Of a stretch of DNA of 45,127 nt, positions 20,084-31,072 are shown one piece after another. How positions within the stretch are numbered: the first letter of the stretch is position 1; each line of letters starts with the position of its first letter. A model generated the notes under the pieces. It saw nothing but the letters and a program-made list of their open reading frames with translations. It had not been told where the DNA came from and ran no database searches. Source of the stretch: Saprospirales bacterium. GTDB lineage: Bacteria; Bacteroidota; Bacteroidia; Chitinophagales; JADJOU01. Both the position numbers and the translations under genes were made by a program. The DNA lies in the NCBI GenBank assembly GCA_947441115.1, contig CANESS010000003.1, positions 1 to 45,127 on the forward strand, written 5' to 3'.

Positions 20084-20632
20084 TTATTTTTTACCCCCTA
20101 TTGCAGGTGTTGCAGTATTCGTGGCTGGAGTCAAAGGAATGCCCATCTTAGTCTTTGTAGCATCAGTGATATCGTCTCCTTTAGGAAACACGATCATACC
20201 ACCAGCAGATACATCAAATACGTGACTGTAGCCTCTTTCTGTTGCTACAACCTCAATCATTTTCTTAGCCTTCTCTAAGATTGGAACTGAAAGTGTTTGT
20301 TCCATTTGCTGAACTTCTTTCTGAGCAGACTGCTCGAACTTTTCAATTCTCTTTTGTAAATCCTGTAATTCCGCCACCTTAGCTTCTTCTATTGCAGTCA
20401 TTTTTTGAGGATTAATACCTTTTAGCTCTGCCATTTTGGTTTCATATTGCTTGTACATAGTTTCTAATTGCTTACTTAATTCGGCACTTTTCTCTTGTAT
20501 TTTCGCTTGCAATGCTTTAGTCTCAGGCATACTCATTACTAATTCATTCGAATTGACAGTAGCTGTTTTCACCTGTGCACTCGCTGTAATTGCCATAAAA
20601 CCAGCCAATAAAATTAAAATTTGTTTTTTCAT
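20084..20632 (-). CDS. skp: OmpH/Skp family periplasmic chaperone
   Basis: signal peptide, long helical coiled-coil body, GYSHVFD...DITD ending; tandem with a second copy upstream of murI. Confidence 0.85.
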   Translation of the reverse strand: MKKQILILLAGFMAITASAQVKTATVNSNELVMSMPETKALQAKIQEKSAELSKQLETMYKQYETKMAELKGINPQKMTAIEEAKVAELQDLQKRIEKFEQSAQKEVQQMEQTLSVPILEKAKKMIEVVATERGYSHVFDVSAGGMIVFPKGDDITDATKTKMGIPLTPATNTATPAIGGKK

Positions 20633-20688
20633 TTGTTTGTTTATAAAATTGATTATTAATATTTTTATTGCAATAATAAGTAATTAAT

Positions 20689-21195
20689 CTAATTACCCAT
20701 AGCTTTTATAACTTCTTCACTTATATTTAATCTAGGATTACTAAAAAGCACCGTATTACCACTACTTTTGTCTAACACCATATCATAAGATTTAGCTTGA
20801 GCTATCTTTTGTATTTCTTCAATCATTTTATTCATTATCGGTTGAAGAAGTTCTTGTCTTTTCTTAAATAATTCACCATTAGGTCCAAATCTTTTCTGTT
20901 GGAGTGAAGCCACTTCCTTTTCTTTTATTTCTATTTCTAGAATTTTCTCTTGCTTCATCTGAGTAGTGTATAATGATTGCTCAGCTTGAAATTTTTTATA
21001 AATAGACTCTAATTCACTCATTCTATCTTCAATATCTTTCTGCCAATCTTGAGATTGTTTTTCTAGTTTCTCATTAGCTGCAGTATATGACTTCAACTTT
21101 GAAAAAATATACTCTGATTCTACTAGTGCTACCTTTTGGGCTTGACTGGACAAAGAAGCCAGTACTAAAATAGAAAATAAAATAACTTTGTTCAT
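20689..21195 (-). CDS. skp: OmpH/Skp family periplasmic chaperone
   Basis: QQKRFGPNGELFKKRQELLQPI...YDMVLDK motif typical of Bacteroidota Skp. Confidence 0.9.
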   Translation of the reverse strand: MNKVILFSILVLASLSSQAQKVALVESEYIFSKLKSYTAANEKLEKQSQDWQKDIEDRMSELESIYKKFQAEQSLYTTQMKQEKILEIEIKEKEVASLQQKRFGPNGELFKKRQELLQPIMNKMIEEIQKIAQAKSYDMVLDKSSGNTVLFSNPRLNISEEVIKAMGN

Positions 21196-21269
21196 ATTGT
21201 TAATTTTAATATTTAGAGTTACTAAAATAGATAAGATTTAGTCTTTAGATACTTAAAAATTTATAAAAC

Positions 21270-22055
21270 CTATGGGACAATAAACTTTTTAGTCTTACGC
21301 GAGTGAGCACTAAAATAACCTAAGACCTCGCCACCAGTTATATTCGTTGGAGGATTTGTGGGAGAGGCGCTTTCATTTCCGCCGCTTACGGCTGCTTGAT
21401 TTTGAATTAAAATATTCCAATAGTTGAAATTAGCTTTATCCATGCCTAAAAATATAAAATCACCAGAGTCTCCCTTCTTAAACACTTCTCTAAAGGCCGA
21501 AAACCGCCACTTAGAACCGTTGATTAATTTATCGTCTGATACATAATTAAACTCAGGAACGCGTCCATTTTTACGCACAAAATAGCGGTAATAATTTTCC
21601 TCATTAATTGGTTCATTTATTACAATGGTAGGATTTATGTTTTCCTGGGTTAAAAAGAAAAAGAAATAAAAACTATCTATTAGTGGACTGGAATTGAGCT
21701 TAGACTCCGCGGAATAGACACCTGAGTTATCATTGACTGTTAGGAAGTATGTATTCCCCACCTTGCCTTGAATAGAAGTCGTTTTATATATTCCATCCAT
21801 GTGCTTTACTAGAGAATCTCTATTTCCTTCATTATCAGCAATAATAACTAAATTAGGCGTATGAGGTAAAAAAGTAGTGGAACTGCCAAATTTAGTAGAT
21901 CGAGATAGCTTTACATAGTAGGGACCTGCGCCATCATGAACTTCTCCTTCAATAATTAGTTTATTGACATCTTCCGCCAATGCTATATCAATTCGCTCCT
22001 TGCAGGAGAAGAGTGATACAATAAATATAAATGAGATACAATATTTTATAGACAT
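21270..22055 (-). CDS. DUF4249 family lipoprotein (partner of the upstream TonB-dependent receptor)
   Basis: lipobox LFSC, KLIIEG, NYYRY, NPPTNITGGEVLGYFSA C-terminus. Confidence 0.85.
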   Translation of the reverse strand: MSIKYCISFIFIVSLFSCKERIDIALAEDVNKLIIEGEVHDGAGPYYVKLSRSTKFGSSTTFLPHTPNLVIIADNEGNRDSLVKHMDGIYKTTSIQGKVGNTYFLTVNDNSGVYSAESKLNSSPLIDSFYFFFFLTQENINPTIVINEPINEENYYRYFVRKNGRVPEFNYVSDDKLINGSKWRFSAFREVFKKGDSGDFIFLGMDKANFNYWNILIQNQAAVSGGNESASPTNPPTNITGGEVLGYFSAHSRKTKKFIVP

Positions 22056-22061
22056 ATCGAA

Positions 22062-24440
22062 TTATTTAATTTCTAATGAACTAGCTTTTCTAGGTTTAAA
22101 TTTGAAATTGTAGGTAATGGACGGTACCTGAGCGAATAGGTAAGTCTTTTCAGCATAGGTTTCGCTGAGCTGAGCATCATATAAAAAGTCTATCTGGAAA
22201 GCATTTCTAGCTCCTAACACATTGTAGATAGAGAAACTCAATTCATGCTCCCAATTTCTAGTCTTCTTTAAAGACCAATTTAGTGCTAAATCTACCCTGG
22301 TATAGTTTGGAAACCGATCCTTATTTCTTTTATCATAGGAGGTATATACAATGCCTGGATCCCCAGGATTACCTGATATATCTCCAGATACACTATATTT
22401 ACCTGTAGGATAATTAGTAGCATTTCCTGTATAATAAACTAAGACTCCAGAAATATTGACCTTTTCAGATAAATCATACATGGCCACCACACTCACGTCA
22501 TGAGTTCTGTCAAATCTAAATGGAAACCATTCTCCCTCGTCAATACCCTCAAAGCTTCGCTCCGTTCTAGCGAGTGTATAACTTATCCAGCCGGTTAACT
22601 TACCCACTCTCTTTTTCAAGTAAAACTCAGCTCCATATGCTCTACCAATACCATAGATTAAGTCTTTTTCTACAGTTTCGTTTGCTCTTAGTATTGTACC
22701 CGGTTTATAATCTACCTGATTTTGTAAATGCTTATAGTATCCTTCGAAGGATGCTTCAAACATATCATTAGCAAAGTTGAAAAAATAACCAGCAGATACT
22801 TGATCTGAAATTCCTGGCCTAATATTTCTAGAGGTCAGCACCCATCTATCTGTAGGAGATCCCGCACTCGTATTACTTAGCTGCTGAATATACTGCACAT
22901 TTCTAGAATATGCAAATTTGATAGATCTATCTTCGCCTAGGCTATAATTTAATGAAACCCGGGGTTCAGGGTTAAAATAAGACCGATCTAACTGTCTATC
23001 CTTTAGTTTAGTGGTATCTAAAACTCTGCCAGCAGCATCGAAGGAATACAGGTTATTGGCTCCTGCTAAGGTAAATAATGTAAATCGCATACCGTAATTG
23101 ATTTTCAATTTCGAACTGATGGTATGTTCATTTTGAATGTACAATACATTCTCCCATCCATTACTTCTATTCAAACCGCGCTTAGCGATGAGCGTATCCG
23201 TACTCTCGATATCACCCGGAACTACATTATGCCAAGTAGAGATACCTCCCATTTTTATTCGATTCTTACTATTTAAGAAATAATCGTAATCCTGCTTCAA
23301 ACTATAATTATTTAAAATAGAATTCACTTTTAAGTCAAAATTATTAACACCAATTTTGACTTGGTAATTAAAATTATTATAAATGAAAGAAGTATTGGAA
23401 AATACCCTATCACTTATAATTCGATTCCAACGAGTGGTAGCTGTCACATTGCCATATTGAATGCCGAATGCATCTGCCAAACCGAAATGATCATTCCCGA
23501 AATAACCAGAAAAATAAATTCGATCCTTCTTGGAAACTTGAAAATTCGTCTTTAAATTTAAATCATAAAAAAACAAGGTACTTTTCTTAGCTACAGAATC
23601 ACTCGCTAGAAAGAGGAACGCATCCGCATAGGTTCGCCTTCCTGATACAAAAAAGGAACTTTTATCTTTTTGTATCGGTCCTTCTGCATAGAACCGTGAA
23701 GCTATAAGCCCAATACCTCCGCCAAATTCATAATTTTTATTATTACCCTCTTTCATTTTCACATCAATAACAGATGACAGTCTACCCCCATATTCCGCAG
23801 GCATATTTCCTTTGTAGAGGGTAAGGTCTTTCAGTGCATCAGAATTAAAAGTAGAAAAGAAACCTAATAAATGAGACGCATTATAAACAGGAGCTTCATC
23901 TAGTAAAATAAGATTCTGATCAGCACCCCCACCTCGAACGATGATTCCTGATGCACCTTCTTGCTGCGGCATAACTCCTGGCAACAATTGGATAGATTTC
24001 AATACATCGCGTTCTCCCAAAATTATTGGAATTTTATCTAACTCCTTGAGATCTACTTGGATTTTTCCCATCTGTACCTCATCTGTTAGTTTTTGTTTCT
24101 TTTTGCCAGAAACTGTAACTTGCTTAATCGTTTTGGCCTTCTTCTTTAAACCAAAATTTCTCTTGAGGTTATCTACCAAATTAATATCCTCTAATCTTTC
24201 CTCGTAGCCAATAAATTTGATTTTAATTTTTTGATTTCCTTTAGGCACAGATAGAGAAAAATAACCGTAAGTGTTCGTTGCTATTCCGATACCTGGAAAT
24301 TCTGGCGCAGATACGATAGCTCCTGTAATGGTTTCGCCGCTCTCTGCATCTGTAATTGTTCCGCTGAGGTTTATATTCTGTGCTTGTATACTTAAAGACA
24401 ACATCAATAAACTAAAAGAGAATAATAATTTCGTAATCAT
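22062..24440 (-). CDS. TonB-dependent receptor with N-terminal carboxypeptidase-regulatory-like domain
   Basis: LGERDVLKSIQLLPGV, VRGGGADQNLILLDEAPVYN, YGGRLSSV plug motifs; PSITYNFKF terminal strand. Confidence 0.93.
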   Translation of the reverse strand: MITKLLFSFSLLMLSLSIQAQNINLSGTITDAESGETITGAIVSAPEFPGIGIATNTYGYFSLSVPKGNQKIKIKFIGYEERLEDINLVDNLKRNFGLKKKAKTIKQVTVSGKKKQKLTDEVQMGKIQVDLKELDKIPIILGERDVLKSIQLLPGVMPQQEGASGIIVRGGGADQNLILLDEAPVYNASHLLGFFSTFNSDALKDLTLYKGNMPAEYGGRLSSVIDVKMKEGNNKNYEFGGGIGLIASRFYAEGPIQKDKSSFFVSGRRTYADAFLFLASDSVAKKSTLFFYDLNLKTNFQVSKKDRIYFSGYFGNDHFGLADAFGIQYGNVTATTRWNRIISDRVFSNTSFIYNNFNYQVKIGVNNFDLKVNSILNNYSLKQDYDYFLNSKNRIKMGGISTWHNVVPGDIESTDTLIAKRGLNRSNGWENVLYIQNEHTISSKLKINYGMRFTLFTLAGANNLYSFDAAGRVLDTTKLKDRQLDRSYFNPEPRVSLNYSLGEDRSIKFAYSRNVQYIQQLSNTSAGSPTDRWVLTSRNIRPGISDQVSAGYFFNFANDMFEASFEGYYKHLQNQVDYKPGTILRANETVEKDLIYGIGRAYGAEFYLKKRVGKLTGWISYTLARTERSFEGIDEGEWFPFRFDRTHDVSVVAMYDLSEKVNISGVLVYYTGNATNYPTGKYSVSGDISGNPGDPGIVYTSYDKRNKDRFPNYTRVDLALNWSLKKTRNWEHELSFSIYNVLGARNAFQIDFLYDAQLSETYAEKTYLFAQVPSITYNFKFKPRKASSLEIK

Positions 24441-24455
24441 AAAATAATTAAGTTA

Positions 24456-24463
24456 CAAATTTA
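24456..24463 (-). promoter_or_regulatory. -7 promoter element (TAAATTTG) for the TBDT-DUF4249 pair
   Basis: TAnnTTTG 15 bp upstream of the start. Confidence 0.5.
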
Positions 24464-24505
24464 AGATGGAGGAAACGGAGTGTATGAGTAAAAATCTTTA
24501 AGATT

Positions 24506-25168
24506 TTAACAATTTGATTTTAAGTAATCTAATATCTCCCAATGTGAATTAAATGACTTAGAAACCATAGAATTATACAACTCATTGGTCTTATTGCACT
24601 CCTCGGGTAAACCTAGAACTTTTAATCCGGCAGCATGTGCAGCTTTGACTCCATTCATACTATCTTCTATCACGATTATATTCTCCTTTGGCAGCTCTAT
24701 ATAGTTTAATGCTGAATGATAGACTGCTGGATTGGGTTTACCCCATTCCTCATCATAGGCAGTAAATTTTCGCTCAAAAAACTCATCTATGCCTACAAAG
24801 CGAACAATATTTTCATAAACATACTCCGATGAAGAGGTCACTAAGCAGCGTCTCCACCCTTTTTCTTTTATCCAGTCTATCAATTCTTTTAACCCATCCA
24901 TAGGTTCTCCTCGCTCATAGACTAGACGTACGACCTCTTTCTCTATTTCATGTCCTATCTCCGCTAGGTCGCAGGTAAAACCATGCTTAGACATATGCAT
25001 ATTAACCACTTCGGTAGTCTTCAATCCTGTACTTTGGTTCACATCATCTTCTGTGAGTTCTATATTAAATCTCTCCTTAAATATCTTATGTTCGGCTTCT
25101 CTCCAGAAAGGCTCTGAGAAGACAAGAACCCCATCCATATCGAAGAAAATAGCTCGAATTTCTTGCAT
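24506..25168 (-). CDS. HAD-family phosphatase (HxpB/YniC, beta-PGM-like)
   Basis: motif I FDMDGVL, motif II TSS, GKPNP and IEDS..G motifs. Confidence 0.9.
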   Translation of the reverse strand: MQEIRAIFFDMDGVLVFSEPFWREAEHKIFKERFNIELTEDDVNQSTGLKTTEVVNMHMSKHGFTCDLAEIGHEIEKEVVRLVYERGEPMDGLKELIDWIKEKGWRRCLVTSSSEYVYENIVRFVGIDEFFERKFTAYDEEWGKPNPAVYHSALNYIELPKENIIVIEDSMNGVKAAHAAGLKVLGLPEECNKTNELYNSMVSKSFNSHWEILDYLKSNC

Positions 25169-25445
25169 TTTTTTTGATTAATATATAATTTTTACTTTAA
25201 ATGATTGATTGATGGCTTTGTACAAATTGGCAACAATTGATAGGATACTACTCCATTCAAGATCTTACGACCTTGAATCTTTGCTGCGTTCGATTCTATT
25301 ACTAAGTTTGCATTTGTATCAATGTGGTAACACCTTAATAGGCGGAGAATCCTTGCCCTCTACAATATACTCTATATCTCTTTAGCTTTTTTTTACAAAA
25401 CTAGTCAATTCTCTTGTCATTCGCAAACTTTTTCACTTCGAAAAA

Positions 25446-26195
25446 TTAGTCATTTGAAATACACTTCAAAAATCGCCAATTTCCGCTCAAGTCTTTTCTT
25501 TTTTCTATTTGAAATGCGCTGAATTCCTCCAACTGAATGGTTTGACTGGTTTCGAAATAGACAAGACCGTTTGGATGGAGGTATGAAGTAGCTAATTTTA
25601 AGATTTGTTTATAAAAAATGAATGGGTCATTTTCTACGAATAAGGCTAAATGCGGCTCATAATCTATCACTGAAGAAGTCATGTTCTTATTTTCTTCCTG
25701 TGGAATATAAGGTGGATTGGAAACTATAATATCAAAGTTCGCTAACTGAGACCATAGATGTGCATTCATAATATCTTGCTGAATAAAATTTATGTTTAAA
25801 TCAAGATGAACAGAATTTTTTTTAGCTATTTCTAATGCCGCACCCGAAACATCTATAGCTGTTACTTCGGTATCAACTAATTTAGATTTTAAGGCTAAAG
25901 CAATACAACCACTGCCTGTACCTACATCCAGTATTTTTAATCCAGACCTAGTTTGATTCTCATTCAAAATAAGTTCGACTAGCTCTTCGGTCTCTGGACG
26001 GGGAATTAAGGTATCCTTGCTGACTTCAATTTTCAGTCCATAAAAATAGGTATAGCCAAGTATATAATCTATGGGCTCACCTTGATTAAGACGTAAAATA
26101 ATTTCATCTAATGGAATGGCTGGATTTTCCTTTTCAATATATTGTAAAAGAAAGCGTTTTTCGGACTCGGAAAAAATATCGGATATTAGTGCCAC
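25446..26195 (-). CDS. prmC: release factor glutamine N5-methyltransferase (short N-terminal domain)
   Basis: EPIDYILG, LIPRPETEELV, LDVGTGSGCI, SNPPY. Confidence 0.94.
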   Translation of the reverse strand: MALISDIFSESEKRFLLQYIEKENPAIPLDEIILRLNQGEPIDYILGYTYFYGLKIEVSKDTLIPRPETEELVELILNENQTRSGLKILDVGTGSGCIALALKSKLVDTEVTAIDVSGAALEIAKKNSVHLDLNINFIQQDIMNAHLWSQLANFDIIVSNPPYIPQEENKNMTSSVIDYEPHLALFVENDPFIFYKQILKLATSYLHPNGLVYFETSQTIQLEEFSAFQIEKRKDLSGNWRFLKCISND

Positions 26196-26349
26196 TCATT
26201 CATGAATTAAATCAACTATACAGTGTTTTGCTATTCCTTAGAATTGTCATTAAGATTCGATAAAGTATGATTCAATTTGACAGCTTTCAAGGTCATAATA
26301 CATTGAAAGGCAAGGAATCTTCTCATCGCCTTATCATCACAACAACCAA

Positions 26350-28164
26350 TCAACCACCTGCCTTCTGAGCAGCCTTCTTTCTTTCATTCTCATCGAGATG
26401 AATTTTACGCAGACGCATAGATTTTGGAGTTAACTCCAAATATTCGTCTTTCTCTACATACTCCATGGACTCTTCGAGTGAAAAATCTATTTTAGGTGGA
26501 AGTCCTACGTTATCGTCCTTACCTGCAGCGCGGAAATTGGTCAATTGCTTTGCAGTACATACATTCACTATCAAATCACCGGGGCGAATCTGCTCTCCTA
26601 TCACCTGGCCAGCATAGATTTGATCTCCTGCATCAATGAAAAAGCGGCCTCTATCTTTCAATTTATCCATAGAATAGCCTGTAGCCATTCCGGTATCTTT
26701 TGAAATCATAACACCGTTGATTCTAGCTGGTATCTCCCCTTTCATCGGTTCGTAATCCTTAAATCTATGCGCAATGATAGCTTGACCACCAGACTGAGTC
26801 AGAGCAGTACTTCTAAATCCGTTCAGACCTCTCGTAGGTATTTCAAACTCCAAACGCTGCATATCACCTTTGGTAAACATAGCTTTCATCTCCCCTTTTC
26901 TCTGAGAGACTAATTCTATGATTTTCCCAGCAAACTCCTCAGGTACATCTACCGTCAATGATTCAATCGGTTCACATTTCTTACCATTAATTTCTCTGAT
27001 GATAACCTGTGGCTGACCTACTTGTAACTCATAGCCCTCTCTTCGCATAGTTTCTAGCAATACAGACAAATGGAGAATGCCACGTCCGTAGACCAAAAAA
27101 GAGTCGGGAGAAGCTGTATCATGCACCTTGAGTGCAAGGTTTTTTTCTAGTTCTTTATGCAATCTTTCTCTAATGTGTCGAGAAGTAACGAATTTACCTT
27201 CTTTACCGAAAAATGGTGAATTATTGATCGTGAAGATCATACTCATCGTAGGCTCGTCTATTTTGATTCTCTCCAAGGCTTCTGGATTTTCAAAATCTGC
27301 TATGGTATCTCCAATTTCAAAATCTTCAATCCCAGTCACAGCTACTATTTCACCCGCTTCGGCTTTAGCTACCTTTACTTTTCCCATACCTTCAAAGACA
27401 TAGACCTCTTTAGTCCTCATTTTCTTAATAGAACCATCTGCCTTCATCAATGAAATAGGTTGATTTTCTTCTATAGTTCCTCTTTCAATGCGTCCTACAG
27501 CTATTCGACCAGTATAATTAGAGAAATCAAGTGATGTAATTTGCAATTGTAAATTTCCTTGACTTATATTAGGACATGGTATTTCGCTGATAATGGTATC
27601 AAAAATGATATTCACATTATCTGTAGGTTTTTTGAAGTCCTCGCTCATCCAACCTTGTTTGGCAGATCCATAAATGGTTTTAAAGTCTAGCTGCTCTTGT
27701 GTAGCTTCTAGATTGAAAAATAAGTCAAATACGTCTTCATAAGCCTGTTCTGGATTGCAATTTGGCTTGTCCACTTTATTTACGATAACAATCGCTTTCT
27801 TACCGAGTGCTAGCGCCTTCTGAGTAACAAAACGTGTCTGCGGCATTGGACCTTCAAATGCATCGCATAAAAGCAATACCCCATCCGCCATATTTAATAC
27901 TCTCTCTACCTCCCCACCAAAGTCCGAGTGACCTGGTGTATCAATAATATTAATTTTGTGTCCTTTCCAATTAACTGCTACATTTTTAGCTAGGATCGTT
28001 ATTCCTCTCTCTCGCTCTTGGTCATTATTGTCCAGAATAAGTTCATTCATCTGTTGGTTATCTCTAAATAGCATGGCTGCATGCAGCATTTTATCTACCA
28101 AAGTCGTTTTACCGTGGTCAACGTGGGCTATAATAGCAATGTTTCTAATTTTTTCTACACTCAC
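26350..28164 (-). CDS. typA: translational GTPase TypA/BipA
   Basis: [53 protein letters not shown]. Confidence 0.97.
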   Translation of the reverse strand: MSVEKIRNIAIIAHVDHGKTTLVDKMLHAAMLFRDNQQMNELILDNNDQERERGITILAKNVAVNWKGHKINIIDTPGHSDFGGEVERVLNMADGVLLLCDAFEGPMPQTRFVTQKALALGKKAIVIVNKVDKPNCNPEQAYEDVFDLFFNLEATQEQLDFKTIYGSAKQGWMSEDFKKPTDNVNIIFDTIISEIPCPNISQGNLQLQITSLDFSNYTGRIAVGRIERGTIEENQPISLMKADGSIKKMRTKEVYVFEGMGKVKVAKAEAGEIVAVTGIEDFEIGDTIADFENPEALERIKIDEPTMSMIFTINNSPFFGKEGKFVTSRHIRERLHKELEKNLALKVHDTASPDSFLVYGRGILHLSVLLETMRREGYELQVGQPQVIIREINGKKCEPIESLTVDVPEEFAGKIIELVSQRKGEMKAMFTKGDMQRLEFEIPTRGLNGFRSTALTQSGGQAIIAHRFKDYEPMKGEIPARINGVMISKDTGMATGYSMDKLKDRGRFFIDAGDQIYAGQVIGEQIRPGDLIVNVCTAKQLTNFRAAGKDDNVGLPPKIDFSLEESMEYVEKDEYLELTPKSMRLRKIHLDENERKKAAQKAGG

Positions 28165-28260
28165 TTTAATGAATTAATCTTGATAAATTAGCAATTAAAA
28201 ATTCTCCAAACCATTCTATTAAGTGATTGAGAATTAAGAATTACCTTTTTTAATGGGGTG

Positions 28261-28268
28261 CAAAAGTA
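28261..28268 (-). promoter_or_regulatory. -7 promoter element (TACTTTTG) for typA
   Basis: TAnnTTTGC on the minus strand about 97 bp upstream of the start. Confidence 0.6.
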
Positions 28269-28342
28269 GTGTAAAATAAATAGAACAGAGGCTAAAAGTT
28301 GGAAATTTACGATTCCTTAATGACTAGAAACTTGTAAAACGC

Positions 28343-29056
28343 TTAAACATACTTCCTCAAAATCTCCAACGCCTTCTGAAAGTCTTTCGGAAAGGGCGAC
28401 TGAATATCTATCACCTCCTCGGTGAAAGGATGATAAAATCGCATAGTGCGTGCATGAAGTGATAAGCGCTGAATAATAGAGCGCTCGTCTTCTTTTCCCT
28501 TGTAGTTTTTGATAAATCGTGATATGAATATGCCATTTTGCAAATTGTACAGGGGATCAAAAGCCAATGGACAGCCTAAAAACTGAGCATGAACTCTGAT
28601 CTGGTGGGTACGACCTGTTTCGATTTGAAATGAGACTAAACTGTGTCTTTTATACTTTTCTTCTACTCTATAGTGAGATACCGCACGCTTTCCTTTACCT
28701 TGAAAAGCGACTCGATAAGTCCCCTTCACATTAGGGTGTTCGTCTAGAAAGTTTTCTATCGTATCTTCGTCTAATTTAGGTGTACCGAATAGAATAGCCA
28801 TGTATTCTTTAAATATCTCATGGGATTCGAATAGCATAGACATGGCTCGTTGTGCTTCCTCCCCTTTCGCAAATAGGAGAATACCCGATGTATCTTTATC
28901 AATCCTATGTACCAGCCTCAAATCCTGATATTTTGCTTTAAAATAAGAATAGATGTCCTCTTCCTCACCATTTCGAGGTGGGATAGATAAAACTCCGCTG
29001 GGTTTATCTACTGCTAGAAAATAATCATCTTCAAAAAGAGTGGAAATGAGTTTCAA
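28343..29056 (-). CDS. RluA-family pseudouridine synthase
   Basis: VDKPSG, HRIDKDTSG (catalytic Asp), TGRTHQIRVH, LHA motifs. Confidence 0.94.
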   Translation of the reverse strand: MKLISTLFEDDYFLAVDKPSGVLSIPPRNGEEEDIYSYFKAKYQDLRLVHRIDKDTSGILLFAKGEEAQRAMSMLFESHEIFKEYMAILFGTPKLDEDTIENFLDEHPNVKGTYRVAFQGKGKRAVSHYRVEEKYKRHSLVSFQIETGRTHQIRVHAQFLGCPLAFDPLYNLQNGIFISRFIKNYKGKEDERSIIQRLSLHARTMRFYHPFTEEVIDIQSPFPKDFQKALEILRKYV

Positions 29057-29175
29057 TGCTCAGCTTTATTTTGCTTAATTTAATTAAACGTACAAAAATA
29101 GTCTAATTTAATTTCTAAATGAGGGGAGATATTGCACTTGTTTTGGTTTGCTAAAGACAAGACAAGATTGGACGG

Positions 29176-29219
29176 AATATAAAACAGGGCAGCAATAACA
29201 TGCTACCCTGTTTTATATT
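29176..29219 (-). terminator. intrinsic terminator downstream of ahcY
   Basis: inverted repeat AATATAAAACAGGG-cagca...tgcta-CCCTGTTTTATATT about 24 bp after the ahcY stop. Confidence 0.75.
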
Positions 29220-29242
29220 TATTAGAAGCTATTCAATGAATA

Positions 29243-30568
29243 TTAGTATCTATAAGCATCTTGTTTGTATGGACCCTCAACTGGCACACCAATATATGCG
29301 GCTTGATCACTTCTTAAAGTTTCTAATTCTACTCCGATTTTTTCTAAATGAAGTCTTGCTACTTTCTCATCCAGATGTTTTGGCAATACGTATACATCGT
29401 TTTTATACGCTGCTGAATTTTGCCATAGTTCTAACTGAGCCAATGTTTGATTCGTAAACGAATTAGACATCACGAATGAAGGATGGCCTGTAGCACAACC
29501 TAAATTCACTAATCTACCTTCTGCCAATACTAATAAATCTCTACCATCAATCGTATACATATCTACTTGAGGTTTGATCTCTACTTTTGAAGCACCATGG
29601 GTTTTGTTTAACCATGCCATATCAATTTCATTGTCGAAATGACCAATATTACAAACTATAGCTTTATCTTTCAATTTTGAGAAATGCTCTCCTCTGACGA
29701 TATCTTTATTTCCTGTAGCAGTTACTACGATATCGACATCACCTATTACATTCTCAAGTTTTTTTACTGCAAATCCTTCCATAGCTGCTTGTAATGCACA
29801 TATAGGGTCAATTTCTGTAACAGTCACTCGGACACCAGCATTTTTTAATGAAACTGCAGATCCTTTGCCTACATCGCCATATCCACAAACTACTGCTGTT
29901 TTGCCCATTAACATAATATCTGTAGCTCTACGAATAGCGTCTACAAGTGATTCTGTACAGCCATATTTATTATCAAACTTAGATTTTGTTACAGAATCAT
30001 TGATATTAATAGCAGGAATTGGAAGTGTACCATTTTTTACTCTTTCATGAAGTCTATGCACACCCGTCGTCGTCTCTTCTGAGATACCTCTGATATCTTT
30101 TGCCAAATCTGGATACTTATCTAAAACTAAATTAGTCAAATCCCCACCGTCATCCAATATCATGTTCAACGGCTTACCGTCTTTAAATGCATGCAATGTC
30201 TGCTCTATACACCAGTCAAATTCTTGTTCATTCATTCCTTTCCATGCAAATACTGGTATACCTGCAGCAGCTATGGCCGCAGCAGCATGATCCTGTGTTG
30301 AAAAAATATTACATGATGACCACGTAACATCTGCACCTAATTCTATTAATGTTTCTATAAGAACTGCTGTTTGAATAGTCATATGAAGACAACCTGCAAT
30401 GTTTGCACCAGTCAATGGTTTAGAAGCTCCGAATTCTTTTCTGAGAGACATAAGGCCCGGCATTTCTGCTTCAGCCAGTCTGATTTCTTTTCTTCCCCAC
30501 TCAGCTAGGGAAATGTCCTTTACTTTGTAATTCATTGTACTAGAAGTTGATTGAGATTGACTTGTCAT
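29243..30568 (-). CDS. ahcY: adenosylhomocysteinase
   Basis: [45 protein letters not shown]. Confidence 0.98.
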   Translation of the reverse strand: MTSQSQSTSSTMNYKVKDISLAEWGRKEIRLAEAEMPGLMSLRKEFGASKPLTGANIAGCLHMTIQTAVLIETLIELGADVTWSSCNIFSTQDHAAAAIAAAGIPVFAWKGMNEQEFDWCIEQTLHAFKDGKPLNMILDDGGDLTNLVLDKYPDLAKDIRGISEETTTGVHRLHERVKNGTLPIPAININDSVTKSKFDNKYGCTESLVDAIRRATDIMLMGKTAVVCGYGDVGKGSAVSLKNAGVRVTVTEIDPICALQAAMEGFAVKKLENVIGDVDIVVTATGNKDIVRGEHFSKLKDKAIVCNIGHFDNEIDMAWLNKTHGASKVEIKPQVDMYTIDGRDLLVLAEGRLVNLGCATGHPSFVMSNSFTNQTLAQLELWQNSAAYKNDVYVLPKHLDEKVARLHLEKIGVELETLRSDQAAYIGVPVEGPYKQDAYRY

Positions 30569-30596
30569 TATTATCGTAATTTAAAATTTACGGCTA

Positions 30597-30604
30597 CAAA
30601 AATA
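30597..30604 (-). promoter_or_regulatory. -7 promoter element (TATTTTTG) for ahcY
   Basis: TAnnTTTG about 28 bp upstream of the start. Confidence 0.5.
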
Positions 30605-30709
30605 TAACAAAAAAAATTAATTTGAACTATATACAAATAAACGGAGGCTAATTGACAGAGTTTAGATAAATTTACATACTTTTTAACTAAATGGCTTATT
30701 TCCGAAATT

Positions 30710-31072
30710 ATGAAATCTCCAAAATTTTCTTTTCTTTTATTTATCGTATTTTTTCTATCATGCAACGATGCCGAACAAAAAAAACTAATTCAGGGGAAAT
30801 GGATCTGCACTGATTGGAAAGTGAGAGGTGAATCCAAATCAAAGGATCAGGTCAACGTAGAATTTAATTTTCAAGATGGTGGACAGTATGAATACAATAA
30901 TGCAAGTCTCCATGAAAAAGGTAGCTATAAAATACAAGGCGGCAAGCTATATACCACCCCAGAAAATGAACTGGAAATGTTAGTGGACATTGAAAAACTG
31001 ACTACCGATACCTTGATTTTTAATATGAGTCGAGGAGGCACACCTGAATCGATGCTTTTAGTCAGAAATTAG
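30710..31072 (+). CDS. lipocalin-like domain lipoprotein
   Basis: lipobox FLSC, LIQGKW motif, GSYKI, IEKLTTDTL pattern. Confidence 0.7.
   Translation: MKSPKFSFLLFIVFFLSCNDAEQKKLIQGKWICTDWKVRGESKSKDQVNVEFNFQDGGQYEYNNASLHEKGSYKIQGGKLYTTPENELEMLVDIEKLTTDTLIFNMSRGGTPESMLLVRN

Noticed and set aside
25169-25445. Possible further gene remnant between the HAD gene and prmC (minus strand MTRELTSFVKK...YHIDTNANLVIESNAAKIQGRKILNG)
   Set aside because: Looks coding-like, but I could not recognise any family; needs BLASTX.
28165-28260. Structured typA leader (AATTCTC...GAGAATT pairing)
   Set aside because: Short AT-rich stem, no match to a motif I recognise; could arise by chance.
30569-30709. SAH/SAM riboswitch upstream of ahcY, and the 64-aa ORF 30571-30765
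   Set aside because: The promoter motif is only about 28 bp from the start, leaving no room for an aptamer; the ORF overlaps the promoter and the divergent lipoprotein gene and has no features.
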